A stretch of 64,000 nt of DNA, from assembly GCA_964016885.1 (NCBI GenBank), contig OZ024745.1, positions 113,708,001 to 113,772,000 on the forward strand. The letters run 5' to 3'. How positions within the stretch are numbered: position 1 is the first letter of the stretch; every line of letters begins with the position of its first letter. Under the pieces are notes generated by a model. It was not told the origin of the DNA. It saw only the letters and a program-made list of their open reading frames with translations, and did not search any database. The translations under genes and the position numbers were made by a program. This document shows positions 39,190-56,363 of the stretch, in pieces. The DNA is from Eledone cirrhosa (Eukaryota).

Positions 39190-39410
39190 TTCCAAAAATG
39201 CATGAAATTGTTCCAGGAACTGCTTGTACGAGCCACATTTATAATAGTATTTCACACAGTAAATCCAGTGCTTGAACTCCTATTGGGGTCTTGTATTCTC
39301 TCAGACATTATATCTGCCATGTCCTGAAATTTTGAGGTTGATCGGTTAGAAAATGAATGTACAGTGACACAAAACGTGCGCCGGACCAGTTCTTTTTTAT
39401 TCACTCTGTA
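39190..39410. mobile_element. Possible Tc1/mariner terminal relic
   Basis: Ends GGACCAGTTCTTTTTTATTCACTCTG-TA (TA-CAG type terminus) after GAAATTTTGAGGTTGATCGG; the other end was not found. Confidence 0.35.
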
Positions 39411-39472
39411 TTAAGCTCTCTAATCTCTGAACGCATTTCAATATGAGCCAAATTAAATATTTCAATATGAGA

Positions 39473-39936
39473 TAAATCCCTCGGCGAGAATTGAAATCAG
39501 AAGGTAAAAGGACGTAACTCTAAACAACTAAGCATGGTGTCCGACAATCTACTGAGACTGCCAATCTAATGCCCTTAAAATACATCATCTTACGTTCCTT
39601 TATGTTCTGAGTTCAAATCCTGCCGAGGTTAACTTTGCCTTTCATCCTTACGGGGTCGATAAAATAAAGTACCAGTAATGTACTGGGTATTTGCTGGCCT
39701 TGTGCCAATAGTAGAAACAATTATTATATATGATGATGTATTTTAAGGGCGGTGAATTGGCAGTACCGGTAGAGGGTTGGACGCCATGCTTTCTAGCATT
39801 GTTACGTCCCTTTACGGTCTGAGTTCAAATCCCGTCGAGGTTAACTTTGCCTTTCATCCTTATGGGGTCGATAAAATAAAGTACCAGTAATGTACTGGGT
39901 AATTGCTGGCCTTGTGCCTAAAGTAGAAACAATTAT
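39473..39936. mobile_element. SINE cluster (- 39473-39574, + 39590-39725, + 39747-39936)
   Basis: Matches the SINE consensus. Confidence 0.85.
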
Positions 39937-40149
39937 TTATATTTAGAAATTAATAGAACCAACATTTTGACGAAGAATTCTTTTCTATTTTTGTCTTTAA
40001 AAATACAGTTTCCAGTGTTTTACAAAGGAAAACACTTTCAATTTGCCCCTCTCTTGTTGTATTTTAGTTATAGCGTAACATACGAATACATACCGTGACA
40101 AGTAAAATATTATAGATACTAATGATCAGAAGGAAAATAATGTAATGAT

Positions 40150-40197
40150 GAAGAGAAGAAGAAGAAGAAGAAGAAGAAGAAGAAGAAGAAGAAGAAG

Positions 40198-40228
<31 letters not shown>

Positions 40229-40290
40229 TCAACAACAACAACACCAGCAAGAGCAACATCAACAACAACAACAACAACAACAACAACACG
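40150..40290. repeat. (GAA)n + (CAA)n
   Basis: Directly visible. Confidence 0.95.
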
Positions 40291-41462
40291 TCAGAAGTAG
40301 AAAAGTGGAAGAAGAAAAATAAAAAAAGTAACAAAACAAATGAGGAAAACGAAAGTAGAAAATAAGAAATAACAACAACAAGGAAAAAAGAACAAAAAGG
40401 AAACTGAAAGTGTAAGGCAGCGAGCGAATCATTGTTAGAATGTTTGTGAATTTAAACAATGAGAATAACTGTAGTTGACAGTCATGAGTGAAATTTTCAG
40501 TTGAAGTGATTTCACTGAGAGAACAATCTATTAGATATGCATGGAAGTGAACGGTTGGCTGAACAGAAAGTCAGGGAAGAAGCAGTCGGAAAATAGAAGC
40601 TGGCAATATTAACCTCAAACTATGCAGGCCATTGCCTATGTTATAGAAAATACGTCACTGGAGGTATTAGCATTATTATTAAACATTAAAATCAATTTTA
40701 ACACCCACACCATATGTTTGTTATTATTTGTGTGTTTTACACATGTTTATCTTGCTTATTATGGTAATGTTGGCTGTTTAATTGTTTTGTTTTATTGTTA
40801 TTATTCTTGTTTATTTTATGCTGTTGTTTTTTTTTTTGGGGGGGGGGGGTACGATCGTAAAGCTGTTTCCATTTTCGAAATTGGAAACAGTAACAAGAAC
40901 AGTTACAATAAGAGCAGAGAATATCTGCATGGTCACACAGAGAATATCTGCATGGTCATTCAATCTCATAGAGATAACAGCTAAATTGCCCTCATAAAAC
41001 GCCTTCAAACCACACTCTTAAATATGGTAGGGAAACATTACATGGTATGGCATAGACCCGTAACTCCCGAGGGAGTCTTAGGGACGCCATATAGACATAC
41101 AGCGTATCTAGGGCATTCTTAAACCCGGATGAGCCCATATCCTGCCCAGGTCTGAATGCAGCTGATTTCTTCCAGCGAAGGATAGAGAAGGAGAGATATA
41201 GAGGAAGAATCGATCCAGTACTAGACTGTTACTTTTTTATCGATCTCGGATGAACAAAAGGCACAGTTGAACTCGGATACATTAAACAGCGAAGTCTTAA
41301 CTGACCCTATAAATTTGTGATAGTCACGGCTAGAATGTCTTTGAAAAATGATCTGGGTCCAAGCGACAACAAAAAGAGCAACAACAACAACAACAGTAGC
41401 AACAACAAAATGATCATCAACAATAGGAACGTAATAATAGAGTAAATTTAAAAAGTACGGCA

Positions 41463-41975
<513 letters not shown>

Positions 41976-42317
41976 AAGAAGAAGAAGAAGAAGAAGAAGA
42001 AGAAGAAGAAGAAGAAGAAGAAGCGTGGAGGAGGAGGTGGAAACAAGAGAACTAGAAATAGGGAAGGTGAAGTAGAAAAAGAAGTAGAAAAGAGGTGATG
42101 TAAAGAAATATTCTGGAGAGATAAATGTGAAAATAATAGTTAAAGAATATAAAAGATATGCTAAAAGTGGTGTGGCGGGATGATAATAGAATTGATAGAT
42201 TATGGCTGGCGGGCAAGACTTGCATAGCTTTCAGAAAATGTCTTATGTTGTGATATTGTGTATGTGTGTGAAGTGATCGTATGTACGGATGTATCGTTTT
42301 CTTACTCTCAGCAAGTG

Positions 42318-42812
<495 letters not shown>

Positions 42813-42979
42813 GTGCTCGATGCATGTGTCGGGGGTAATTTATACAACTTACTTTTTAAAGCTGCACCGTAATACTTTGTGCTAGGCTATGCATATAAGG
42901 CTAATGATGTCGGTAAAATTCTACCAATGTAAGAAGATTCGTTTATCCGTGTAATTTGAGAAAGTTTCAATTTATATAT

Positions 42980-43280
42980 GGGCAATCATATACTTGCAAT
43001 CAGTATACATACTAAAGGTCTGGCAAGAATTCACGTATTGACTTCAGCAATATTCTTTGTTGCGATATGACAGCTTAGTGGCTAAGGTCAAAGCCGAGGT
43101 GGCAGAATTATTGATAACTTGTTTCTTTGTTAGTCTAGAGAAAATCAGTGCCTAGAATCTTTTAAAAAGATATTTGGATGGCAGTATGAGGTCGGCATTG
43201 TTGATGATTTAGTATTGTTTAAAATCGATGGAGATTGATGGCTGTGGGACACATGATTGCTGGAAGGAGGTTCCTACTAG
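42980..43280 (-). mobile_element. Very decayed CR1/L2-group RT fragment
   Basis: Broken frames resembling KILGLIFS.L......A..L; resembles 63880-64000. Confidence 0.3.
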
Positions 43281-45246
43281 GCAGAGGAATCTGGAAAGGA
43301 AGGATTAAGTAACATTTTCATTACGGAATCAGAATGAAAAAGAGTGAGGAATAATGAGATAAGGCTTGACAAAATCAATGATTCGTTGTTATTGCTGTTG
43401 TTGATGCTGTTGTTATTGTTCTCGTGACGGCAGTCGTAGACGGTGTTTCTGTTAATTGTGTTGTTCAGTCTGTATGTTTCACGCACTCAAACAGACCTAC
43501 GACTAAATACATTCCAGCCGTGATTATCACGTTTTATTTTATTGTATTTTCTTTCTGACATATTGCATCTGGTACTTGACTATCCAGCATATGATTTCTT
43601 CAGACGGTTGAATGTACTTTGAAGGAGATTTGGTTGCTATTTCTACCAAATCAAGCTACGTCATGGAGGTTTGCGAATTTGACTAGACTTATTCAGTCGC
43701 TCACTACTCAACAGGATGTTATTGTTATTTGACACGATGTTAGCCTTGATCCAGAAAATCTGTCGAATTATCGTAAGAATTCCATTCAATTTGTATATCT
43801 AGGAAAGATGTGTCCAAATCACCCAATGTGTCGTTCCTCTAAAATGTTAGACATGTGGGAGATTTTTGTCCTATTCCTAGCAGGTCAAGTGAAAATACGG
43901 AACGAGCGGGCGTAAGTTGCTGTAGTTTATAGTTAAATATTTCATAGCACTGGTTACTGTGTCATTTTAGTAGTCAGAAAGAGAGAAAGGTAGAAGAGGG
44001 TACAGAGAAACAAAATACTAAAGTTAATTACTTAGTGGTGGCATCTGCACGAAAATCAACAATTAAATTGATGTAAGTACATTTAATGCAGTGCATATGA
44101 AAAACATTCATTTAATATTACTTCAAACCTTTTGGAAAGTACGGACATCTTTTTTGCCTTATTATGCCTTCTCAGCGAAGCGTATCGATAACCTCTAATT
44201 ATAAAATATAGATGAAACCAGGTAATAGTTACCACACCGGAATACCCCACATTTTAATAATGAACTATTCCCAGTTAATTAAGGGACATTTTGTGGCGTT
44301 GCATTTCACGAACGAAATGATAGGCACCTATGCGTTTTGAATGACATAACATACCGTCTGCGGGATTATTACTATTCTAAATAATCTAATTGTCCTCACA
44401 TTTCATTCCTGCAATATATAAATACCAGGGAGAATATTTCAGACGTTCTTCTTATATTGGATAACGCAACTCCTTAGTCGCCATTATGTCAATAGCGATG
44501 GTAACATAAGTAGGAAGACGAAAAATGTCACTGAATACGACGTCAGTATCTAGCTAAACGTGTTCATAGAAGGGGAAAGAGCATTTGAAGTTCTCGTGAA
44601 TGACAACAGAGTTAGTGAGGATAATGAAGACGACGAAACTAGAGTCGGTGAAACCCTAATACTTTGTTATATGAGAATCACTGATAGTTTCATTTCGTAT
44701 ATTGACTTGTCAACAGAAACTGATATTTAGCTACATTATCAACGTCTAAGATCCTTAAAGCAAGTCATTATCCGAAATCAGTATTAGGAAATCATTCATT
44801 CTAGACCTGTGGCAACTGTTAAGAATGCTAATATGATAGCCAATCTTTTAACCTACTCATTTAATTCAGACATTTCCGAGTATGATGCAACACTAAATTC
44901 ACCACCACCTTCACCCCATCTATCTCACATGTTATCTACCACAGATAAAAGAACTTTAAAAATGTAGGGATTCATATTTAAATGGCACCACCGAGACACA
45001 AACTTACCTGCGCTCACTCATTCATGTTTATGCGCAATTTTCTACAAACCTGGTCGAGCCCATCCCCTCTTCAGATCTCTGAATACGGCCAATTTCTTCC
45101 AGAATAAAGAAAGAAAGAGTTGACCTCTGAGGAATTTGACCGGAACTAATAATGCAAAGTGTTGACGACTTTGCGAATTTGCCGCCTCGATGTATATGTA
45201 TGTGCACACACACGCGCGCGCGCAGACCCACCTACCCACACACACA

Positions 45247-45303
<57 letters not shown>

Positions 45304-45595
45304 TAGCGAGAATCGCATTTCGGCTATTGGAAATTAGCGAAAAACAACTTCCGAGATGTGTGGCAAGCGCTCAATAAAAACGAGTAAACTAGAGCAATAA
45401 ACATACGTTAAAAGGCCAAACACACTGAGAAGATGGTTAAACCATTAACCGCAAAGCCATAGAAGCGAGCAAGCTATTCGAGTCAAACAAATAATAAAAT
45501 ATGATTGAAAAATATACCCGGACCCCTGGAAACGGTGGTAAAATACAATATGGGGTTTCTGCAACTCCTAAATCAGGTACTGTCTGCTTAAACAA

Positions 45596-45695
45596 ATAAT
45601 TGTTTCTACTTTTGGCACAAGGCCAGCAATTACCCAGTACATTACTGGTACTTTATTTTATCGACCCCCTAAGGATGAAAGGCAAAGTTAACCTT
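45596..45695 (-). mobile_element. Nin/Deu-type SINE 3' half
   Basis: Direct match. Confidence 0.85.
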
Positions 45696-45899
45696 GTAAA
45701 CAAATAATGTTAAGCTTTTGGTATGATGATTGAACAAGGAAGTCACTTTTTCAACAGGCATTTAGTTCTATGCAAAGCTAAGGAACTGACCGTTATTTGA
45801 ACCTATGTGCGGGGTAAGAAGGGAGAGAACCCTTAGTTTTGGCGGATGAATTCAGTATGTGTGGTTATTGCAAAATTTCAAAATATCACAAAACGAATT

Positions 45900-46178
45900 A
45901 ATTTCTCGACAGAATAGTTTTTAAAATTAACATAAGAAACTTTAGCTCAAGCGACGCTCATCGACCGTGAAATTTTGAAGTTTTCAGATAAAAATGTTTT
46001 GATCTCTTATATAATTTTCTCTTAAATTAAAAACTTGTTCAGACTTATTCTTGGTATTAGATGGATAAGTGACAATAAATGTAATGGGCAAGGCAACTTG
46101 CAAAGCTGGCGACAGAGCGCAGGTATAGGGCATAATTTTAACTTTCGGAAAATTACCTATTGCTAAGGGCCACTCTAA
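45900..46178. mobile_element. DNA-transposon terminal region (hATm-like end)
   Basis: Minus strand begins TTAGAGTGGCCCTTAGC next to (TA)n; subterminal CATCGACCGTGAAATTTTG. Confidence 0.35.
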
Positions 46179-46236
46179 TATATATATACCTGTATGTGGT
46201 TGACAGGTGAGAGAAATGAGTACTCGGTATTGAGTC

Positions 46237-46307
<71 letters not shown>

Positions 46308-46312
46308 TATAC

Positions 46313-46367
<55 letters not shown>

Positions 46368-46394
46368 CATATATATATATATACATATATATAC

Positions 46395-46470
<76 letters not shown>

Positions 46471-46549
46471 TCTCCTTACTATCCTTGCTTGCATATTTTT
46501 CCTTGCTCTCCATTTCTCATGGTATTTGTATATAAACAAGTACATAGAT

Positions 46550-46716
46550 CAAGGAGAAAGGGAGAGCAAGGAGAAAAAGGAGAGCAAGGAGAGCAAGGAT
46601 AAAAGGAGAGCAATGAGAGCAATGAGGGCAGGGAGAACAAGGAGAAAGAGAGAGCAAGAAGAACAAGGAGAAAAGGAGAGCAAGGAGAGCAATGAGTAAA
46701 GGAGAGCAAGGAGAGG
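46550..46716. repeat. 9-bp minisatellite (GGAGAGCAA)n, degenerate
   Basis: Directly visible. Confidence 0.85.
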
Positions 46717-46839
46717 TTAAGGCAAATATTGCTCAAGTTATGCTGGAAGCAGACAAAGGTGAAGAATAGGAAGAAGAAAAAATCAACTGCAGAGGTACAT
46801 TCTGCACCAAAATGACTTTTCTTCCTTTACAAACATTGA

Positions 46840-47690
46840 GTTTTCGTTTTTTGTAACTCCTGGTACAAAAACTTTCTTCGCGAGATTTTCTATTAGCACT
46901 GATTTCCTCGACAAAGATCCTTCAACATGGAAGGATGATCCTGGTTACAAAAGTGGACTTGAAAAACTTGAGAAGTCAGTTGCGAATGATATTGCAGGAA
47001 GAGGTGTCAAACTCGTTCAGGATGACAATAACGTTCTCACAAAAGATGAAACTGAGAAACAATTTGTTTTACAGATCGTGCTGAAAACCGTAAAACTGCT
47101 ACTAAATCCTCTCTTATGCAATAATAATTGTTTCTGCTTTTGGCACAAAGCCAGCAATTATCCAGTACATTACTGGTACTTTATTTTATCGACCCCGAAA
47201 GATGAAAGGCAAAGTTAACCTCGACGGAATTTGAACTCAGACCGTAAAGGGACGTAACTATGCTAGAAGGCATGGCGTAATATTCAGTGTTCAGTGTTCA
47301 AATTATGTTTTTGATTGTATAGAAATTATTGTTGTAAATAAAAATGCGTTTCTCTTATAGAAGTTGTATGCTTTATCAAGAAAACCTAGTATTTCTTAAG
47401 TTTTTCATGTTATTTCATGAATTTTTCAAATTAACTAATGGTAAATTTGATTCAGAACGTTTTTTAACATTTGGTGGGGTTGCCTGGATGTGTCCACATA
47501 AATTTCTCTGAGAAGATAAAAGAAAATGGTCGAGAGAGGGAACAGTATACCGCTTTTGAACAGAATTAATCGTTACGTATACTATGTTACAACTTCAAGG
47601 CGTTTGAGGGTTGTCTAACAGTTGTCCGATTGAGCTGAAATTTTGCACACCCCGTGTTTTTGTTGATTGGAACAAGATTAGTTACGAGGT

Positions 47691-47692
<2 letters not shown>
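46840..47692 (+). mobile_element. hAT-superfamily (hATm-like) transposase C-terminus and right subterminal region, interrupted by a SINE
   Basis: DFLDKDPSTWKDDPGYKSGLEKLEKSVANDIAGRGVKLVQDDNNVLTKDETEKQFVLQIV fits the FL..DP..W....Y...VND.AERGVKL...LTKDE..KQ..LQ pattern. Confidence 0.6.
47123..47278 (-). mobile_element. Nin/Deu-type SINE, 5'-truncated
   Basis: Direct match. Confidence 0.85.
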
Positions 47693-47748
<56 letters not shown>

Positions 47749-47752
<4 letters not shown>

Positions 47753-47805
47753 GTTTAGATCGATATCCAGTGATATATATATATGTGTATATATATATGT
47801 ATGCA

Positions 47806-47840
<35 letters not shown>

Positions 47841-47846
47841 ATATAT

Positions 47847-47877
<31 letters not shown>

Positions 47878-47930
47878 TGCATACATATATATATACACAT
47901 ATATATATATCACTGGATATCGATCTAAAC

Positions 47931-47934
<4 letters not shown>
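47749..47934. repeat. Near-perfect ~186-bp palindrome in (TA)n
   Basis: AAGGGTTTAGATCGATATCCAGTG..(TATC)n|(GATA)n..CACTGGATATCGATCTAAACCCTT. Confidence 0.9.
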
Positions 47935-48005
<71 letters not shown>

Positions 48006-48008
<3 letters not shown>

Positions 48009-48431
48009 TGATGGAATGAAGAGTAACATGGCTGGCTGTACAACAAGGGGTTTTATTTCAGGTACTAACAATTGTTTCATTGATCAGGTGAGTCTAGAGG
48101 CCGCCAATCGCTCCAATTTGCGTCACTCAATCTTCATTACATTATTCACCTCTGACCAAATCTTCAGATTAGCGGCCTCTAGACTCACCTGATCAATGAA
48201 ACAATTGTTAATACCTGAAATAAAACCCCTTGTTGTACAGCCAACCATGTTATTCTTCATTCTTTCACTATTATTACTCCAAGTATAACCTGCATAGGAA
48301 TTACCGCGAACTCGCTGCATAACTATGGAAACATCTTGTTGAGTCAAACAAAGCCGTACGTTAAAACTATCCACGACGCAGAGTACTCACAACCTCTAAC
48401 TGGATAACCTATAACGATAACTTGTTATCCC
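48006..48431 (+). mobile_element. Fold-back insertion: ~104-bp inverted arms (48006-48109 / 48167-48270) plus ~160-nt tail, in (TA)n
   Basis: Arms are reverse complements with several mismatches; contain CTGATCAATGAAACAATTGTT. Confidence 0.75.
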
Positions 48432-48585
<154 letters not shown>

Positions 48586-48629
48586 GGAACTGTTTTTCAA
48601 GTATGTATGAAAGTGCCAAGACCAAAGGG

Positions 48630-48702
<73 letters not shown>

Positions 48703-49039
48703 TGCGTGCGTGCGTGTGCGTGTGTGAGTGAGTGAGTATGTGTGGAGAAGCAGAAGAGAAAAAGACACCCTTCTTTATCCACACCATATATTGGCCAGTT
48801 AGTGTCCATGTTTGACACTGCTGAAGCTAGATACAAACAGCAGTCAAGTTGAAGAAATTGCTTGTCCATTATCTAGTCATTGGCTGGACAGAAAACCAAA
48901 TTGCACATTTCAATGTCTGTCTGACTGTCTGCTGGACATACCGATAAAGTATGATGGTGGAGGCGGGCAAAGGAAATGGTGTGGGGTGTAGTCAAACAAT
49001 GGAAAGGGACGAAAATGATGAAGAATGAAGGAACGGTTT

Positions 49040-49110
<71 letters not shown>

Positions 49111-49600
49111 GAGTAAGCGGGAGGAGACAAAAAAAACGATATAGACATATGTACACACATGAACACTACCATAAACATACACACACAGATAAATATATAT
49201 ATATATGTGTATGTGTATATATATATTTGTGTGTGTGTGTGTGTGTATGCATATGTATATGCATATGTATATGCATATGTATATGCATATGTATATGCAT
49301 CTATGCACAAATGTGTTTGTCTTCATGCTTTGTTGAGGTGTTTGCGTTTATGTTATTGTATAGGATTTCCATCGCAGTCAAAAATGTTCTCGTGAGCAAT
49401 AATTGTTTTTTCTTTTACTACCACCAACTTCACCAACCAAAATACCGTCACACGTAACTCCCTCAAAATATCACAATCACAACCATCTCAATGGTGAAAC
49501 ATGTACCTGTCTATAGTCTACATATAAGCCTATACTAACATGTGCATATGAAGGAATAATTATGTTCTGGTGTACCTCTAGATTTAAAAAATTGATATAC

Positions 49601-49689
<89 letters not shown>

Positions 49690-49784
49690 CATATATTATA
49701 TATAGAGCTTAACTAGCTACCGTCACATATTTGGTAGGTCAGACGTGATCATCGCGATTCACATACGACCTACCATACATCTTG

Positions 49785-49849
<65 letters not shown>

Positions 49850-51800
49850 TAAGAAATCTCTATATAATATTTAACGATCATGTGGCTCTACGTTAGCTCT
49901 ATGAAAGAATTAGAGCTTAAAATCCAAGACCTTAAACCTTTGCACACTGCCAATATCACAGGAAACAATATATCTAATATTACACACTGAATAATCTAAT
50001 TAAGTTACAAAAAACTTAGAGACAAAATATGTATTATACTTACTCTACCACTATATTTAACAAGGCTTATATGGTACCATTTCATGCAGGAAAAATAAAC
50101 ATTTACCATTAATGGCGACTGTAAAGTGCTTTCCACCGCAAAGTGTAACAATTTCATATCAATTATACTCATAAAATCCTTTTGAACCACATAAAAGTCA
50201 CATGTTACTCTTTCTTTTTGATGGTGACTATCAGACCAAGAATTATCTTCTGTTGATATCTAGAAATATATATCAATCTGAATGGAACTTTATTTTATCC
50301 ACCGAAGAAGGATATAAAGCAAATTGAGCTCGATGGAATTTGAACACAGAACGTAAAGAAATGTATCTATTTACCTTAAAATCGACGTTCTAAAAGTATA
50401 TATTTATTAGAGATGACCACCAAGGCAAATCTTGAAATTTCTCTGTAATTTCTTTCATTTCTGCAAAAGTTTTCTTTCGATTTTTGAGAGTAACTGGCTT
50501 GGTGGAATCGGATTCTCTCTGTCCAGACTGGATATTATTTTTACAGAGATGGGAGATTGTTTCCGCAGGATGTAGAATACTTTTAAACATTAGTCGAACA
50601 CTAAATTGGATAGTTAACTACCAAAACTAAGAGATTCTGACTTTTACTCTACCTTTCATTCTGTTGATAACTCTGCTATCCTCATCGTAAATGCACAAGT
50701 GAAATTCAAATCGATTTTCGAAACAGCGACAATATATCTTGACACCTCGTAAAAATTCCATTGATGCACAAATTCATTCTATACATGTTTCTTTTCAATC
50801 TGCTTATTATTAAACCTGTCTATTCAAACAAATAGTTTTGAAAGGGAGGAAGATATTCGACCTCGAAGATGACAAAGCTTTCATATGTTTTTCTATGCCT
50901 GGGTACCCGGTGGAAACCTGGACACGAAAATAACTTTTCCTAATAATGATCTCATCTAAACTGATGTGCTTGGATGCAATGAAGCAATAAAAAAAGAAAG
51001 TGAGTGGATGTAGAGGGCAGTATGAAGAAAGTTGAGAAATAGGGAATATAGAAAATGACGGAAAGGTTAGATGGATAAAGAGCGCTAAACATGTCTGTTT
51101 GAAAGCAATAATGGCAGGAATCTCAGCGCTGATGGTCAGCTGAAAAGACACTTCAATAAGCGTCATAATTTCCTCGTATTTCACGAAACACGTTACTATA
51201 TCCATGGTAGTTGGCCCGTTGCCAGTGAAAATAGAATGGACAGGAGGAGAAGAAATAGAAAACAAAGAGAAAGTATAGTTTTAGATGGGAGAGGAGCCTA
51301 TAGTGTCTTCTAGCTTGTTATTTTTGTTAGTTGTAAAAGTTGAAATGATAGGCCTGGCTGCATCTACTGCAGCACCAGATCCACTTAACTATATTCTGGA
51401 CCCACCGCATTACATTGCTGATTAATTTTCCGTCAAAATCTATTCTTATAGTGAAAAAAAAACAAAAAAAATTCCTCAATATTCCTTGCGCTGATTTCTT
51501 TTACGAACTTCTTTTCTTTTCCTATCTGTTCTACCTATATTTTTCTGGATATCCAATAATATTCTTACGAAGTAATTGATTAGAGTAAACTCCCTCTTCC
51601 ATTACAGCAACCTCCCTTTGATTTCCCCCTTCTTCATCTACATTTCTTCTTCTACAAGTAGAATTGTTAGATCGTTTCATCAATTCAACTATTTATAATA
51701 ATATTGCAATTCTTTGCTACTCTATGTCTATATTATTTTAGTTGTGTGTGTATATATATATATATATATGCATAAGCCCACGCACACACACAAACGCATT

Positions 51801-51831
<31 letters not shown>

Positions 51832-51959
51832 GTATATATATGTATATATATGTATATATATACGCTGTTCAATATAGGACATAGAGAACATGAGAAGATC
51901 AGACTTGGGGGACAGGAACGGTAGAGTAAACGCAACTTGAACGACAATCCATAATAGTA

Positions 51960-52128
51960 ATAATTGTTTCTACTTTTTGGCACAAGGCCAGCAATTACCC
52001 AGCGCATTACTGGTACTTTATTTTATCGACCCCGTAAAGATGAAAGGCAAAGTTAACCTCGGCGGGATTTGAACTCAGAATGGCAAGGGCCGTAACTCTA
52101 TGGCGTCCGACCCTCAACCGATACTGCC
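51960..52128 (-). mobile_element. Nin/Deu-type SINE
   Basis: Direct match. Confidence 0.88.
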
Positions 52129-52729
52129 ATAATAGTGATAATGATATACACTGCCTTATGCCTTAAGCCTAAAACTTACTTTTTCACCATAATATTTACC
52201 ATCTTGTACGTCCACCCTACATCGATTGCTTTCTTCATTGCTCGCCTACATTCAACATTTGATAATGCCAATGTTATTGATATGTGTTAAATTTGTTAAA
52301 TGTAATCCTTCTTAATAATCCTGATGATATGCAGGTGAATTTTGTATTATGAAAATAAATTTTTATTAGATATAACGAATTGGGTCTTTTGGGGGTTTTT
52401 TTGTTTTTTTTTTACATATGCTTGTAAGCTTATCACCTGTTTAGAAACGATCGTAGATATTAAAGATCGATTTAACTTGATAAACTTTGTTCTCTCCACT
52501 CTAGATATCTATACTCTGATACTCTCACTGTCCTCAACAGGAAGAACTTTAACTATCAATTGTTTTGAATCTCTTACGTGCTGAGGATCTTAAGCACGCA
52601 TTGAGCTTTTCTCACTTTATGAAAACTAATACTGGAATATTATAGTCACTTTCGTACATATATATGTATATATTTATATATATTTGATGTATATATTTAT
52701 ATATATTTGCTAGACCGTGATTTTATATC

Positions 52730-52785
<56 letters not shown>

Positions 52786-52787
52786 TT

Positions 52788-52819
<32 letters not shown>

Positions 52820-52862
52820 AAGGTAGAGAAAGAGAGAGAGAGAGGGAGTGAGACAGAGAGGG

Positions 52863-52915
<53 letters not shown>

Positions 52916-52918
<3 letters not shown>

Positions 52919-53115
52919 ATAATAATAAATTTGAAGGCTAAAATCCAAAGAGGGCTCGATAAGAATAAATATATATCAAATATATAAGAACCGTAGAGCA
53001 AATATTTATTAAAATAATAGATTAAAGTTTAAGCAAAGAATCGCTGCTTTCACCCTTAACGGGATCTTCTGAAACTAACAAAGTCAATCTCAAAGAGATT
53101 GACTTTAATCTGTTA

Positions 53116-53123
<8 letters not shown>
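52916..53123 (-). mobile_element. (TA)n-embedded element with 22-bp inverted ends (53007-53028 / 53102-53123) and a tail
   Basis: Core TTTCAGAAGATCCCGTTAAGGGTGAAAGCAGCGATTC is also at ~57000 (+) and ~57720 (-). Confidence 0.65.
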
Positions 53124-53159
<36 letters not shown>

Positions 53160-53719
53160 CACACATATACATATGTATGTATGTAAGTATAATATACATA
53201 CATACAGACATAGATTTATATACATACATTTACATACAAGATATATAAATAAAAAATATGTATATATACATATATGTGTCTGCATGCATGTTTGAAAATG
53301 TCTCTGTATGTGAAGGACGACTGAATGATATATGTATTTAGAAACTTTTAAATTTATTCTTATCATCAACGTTGATTTACACCACAAGACTCAATTCTAT
53401 TTCAATCTTTCAATTTTTTCTTCCTTTCTTGTAGTTCCCATTGGTGGTGACGGGGTTGGTGGTGGCGCTTCGGCTGTTGTTGCTGCTGCTGTTAGTGGTG
53501 GTTTTGTTGTCTTCACTTTCATTTCTATTGTATTCGTTTTCCTTTATTGTTTTAGTTATATTAGTTCTTATCTCGGTCTTTTGTGTTTTTTTTTCTTTTT
53601 TTTTGCAAATCATTTTATGATATACATTTCATTTCAGAATTGTGTATGTTTGCGTGTGCGAATATGTATGTTTGGCATATGTGTCTGTATGCTTGTATGT
53701 ATGTGTGTATGTATGCATG

Positions 53720-55763
<2,044 letters not shown>

Positions 55764-56239
55764 CAATTTATACAAACATATATTTACATACACTTGCAAA
55801 TACCAACTACACACACCTAAATAAAGACACGCACACATTTCTTTACATATTGATACATACACCCAGATTAGTTTAACTTTGATAAAAGCTTATACAGAAT
55901 GTTTTATATGTTGGTTGTTATTCTGCTCACGTATTTTCAGCAATACAACAATGACAAGTCTACATCAGCCTAAAGAGTAAAGTTTTGATTTCTACGACAA
56001 AAACTTAAAGTTCTGTCTGGAATTATGGCTGAACCGGTTTATCTTTGCTTATTTGTTAAACTTCAGTCTTCGATAGTTGTGTTTGGTCAAAAGGTTCTTT
56101 CCTCTGATTCATTTAACGGAATAGTAATCAATAGCCAACTTGCAATGTTCGATATAGCCAGCAAATAACTTACCTCGAAACTTCAATATCTAGGTAATTA
56201 CACACATGCTTTCTCACTCCCTCTCTATATCTCTGTCTG

Positions 56240-56335
<96 letters not shown>

Positions 56336-56363
56336 TATATATGTATATTATATATATTATAAA

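Noticed and set aside
40915-40958. 21-bp direct repeat CAGAGAATATCTGCATGGTCA x2
   Set aside because: Simple local duplication; not a CRISPR or other array.
49705-49787. Small (TA)n-embedded segment with TGGTAGGTC / GACCTACCA inverted repeat
   Set aside because: Only 9-bp arms and one copy; too little to assign to the fold-back class.
50810-51265. 151-aa minus-strand ORF
   Set aside because: No recognisable motif; pyrimidine-biased strand with F/S/L/I composition typical of chance ORFs.
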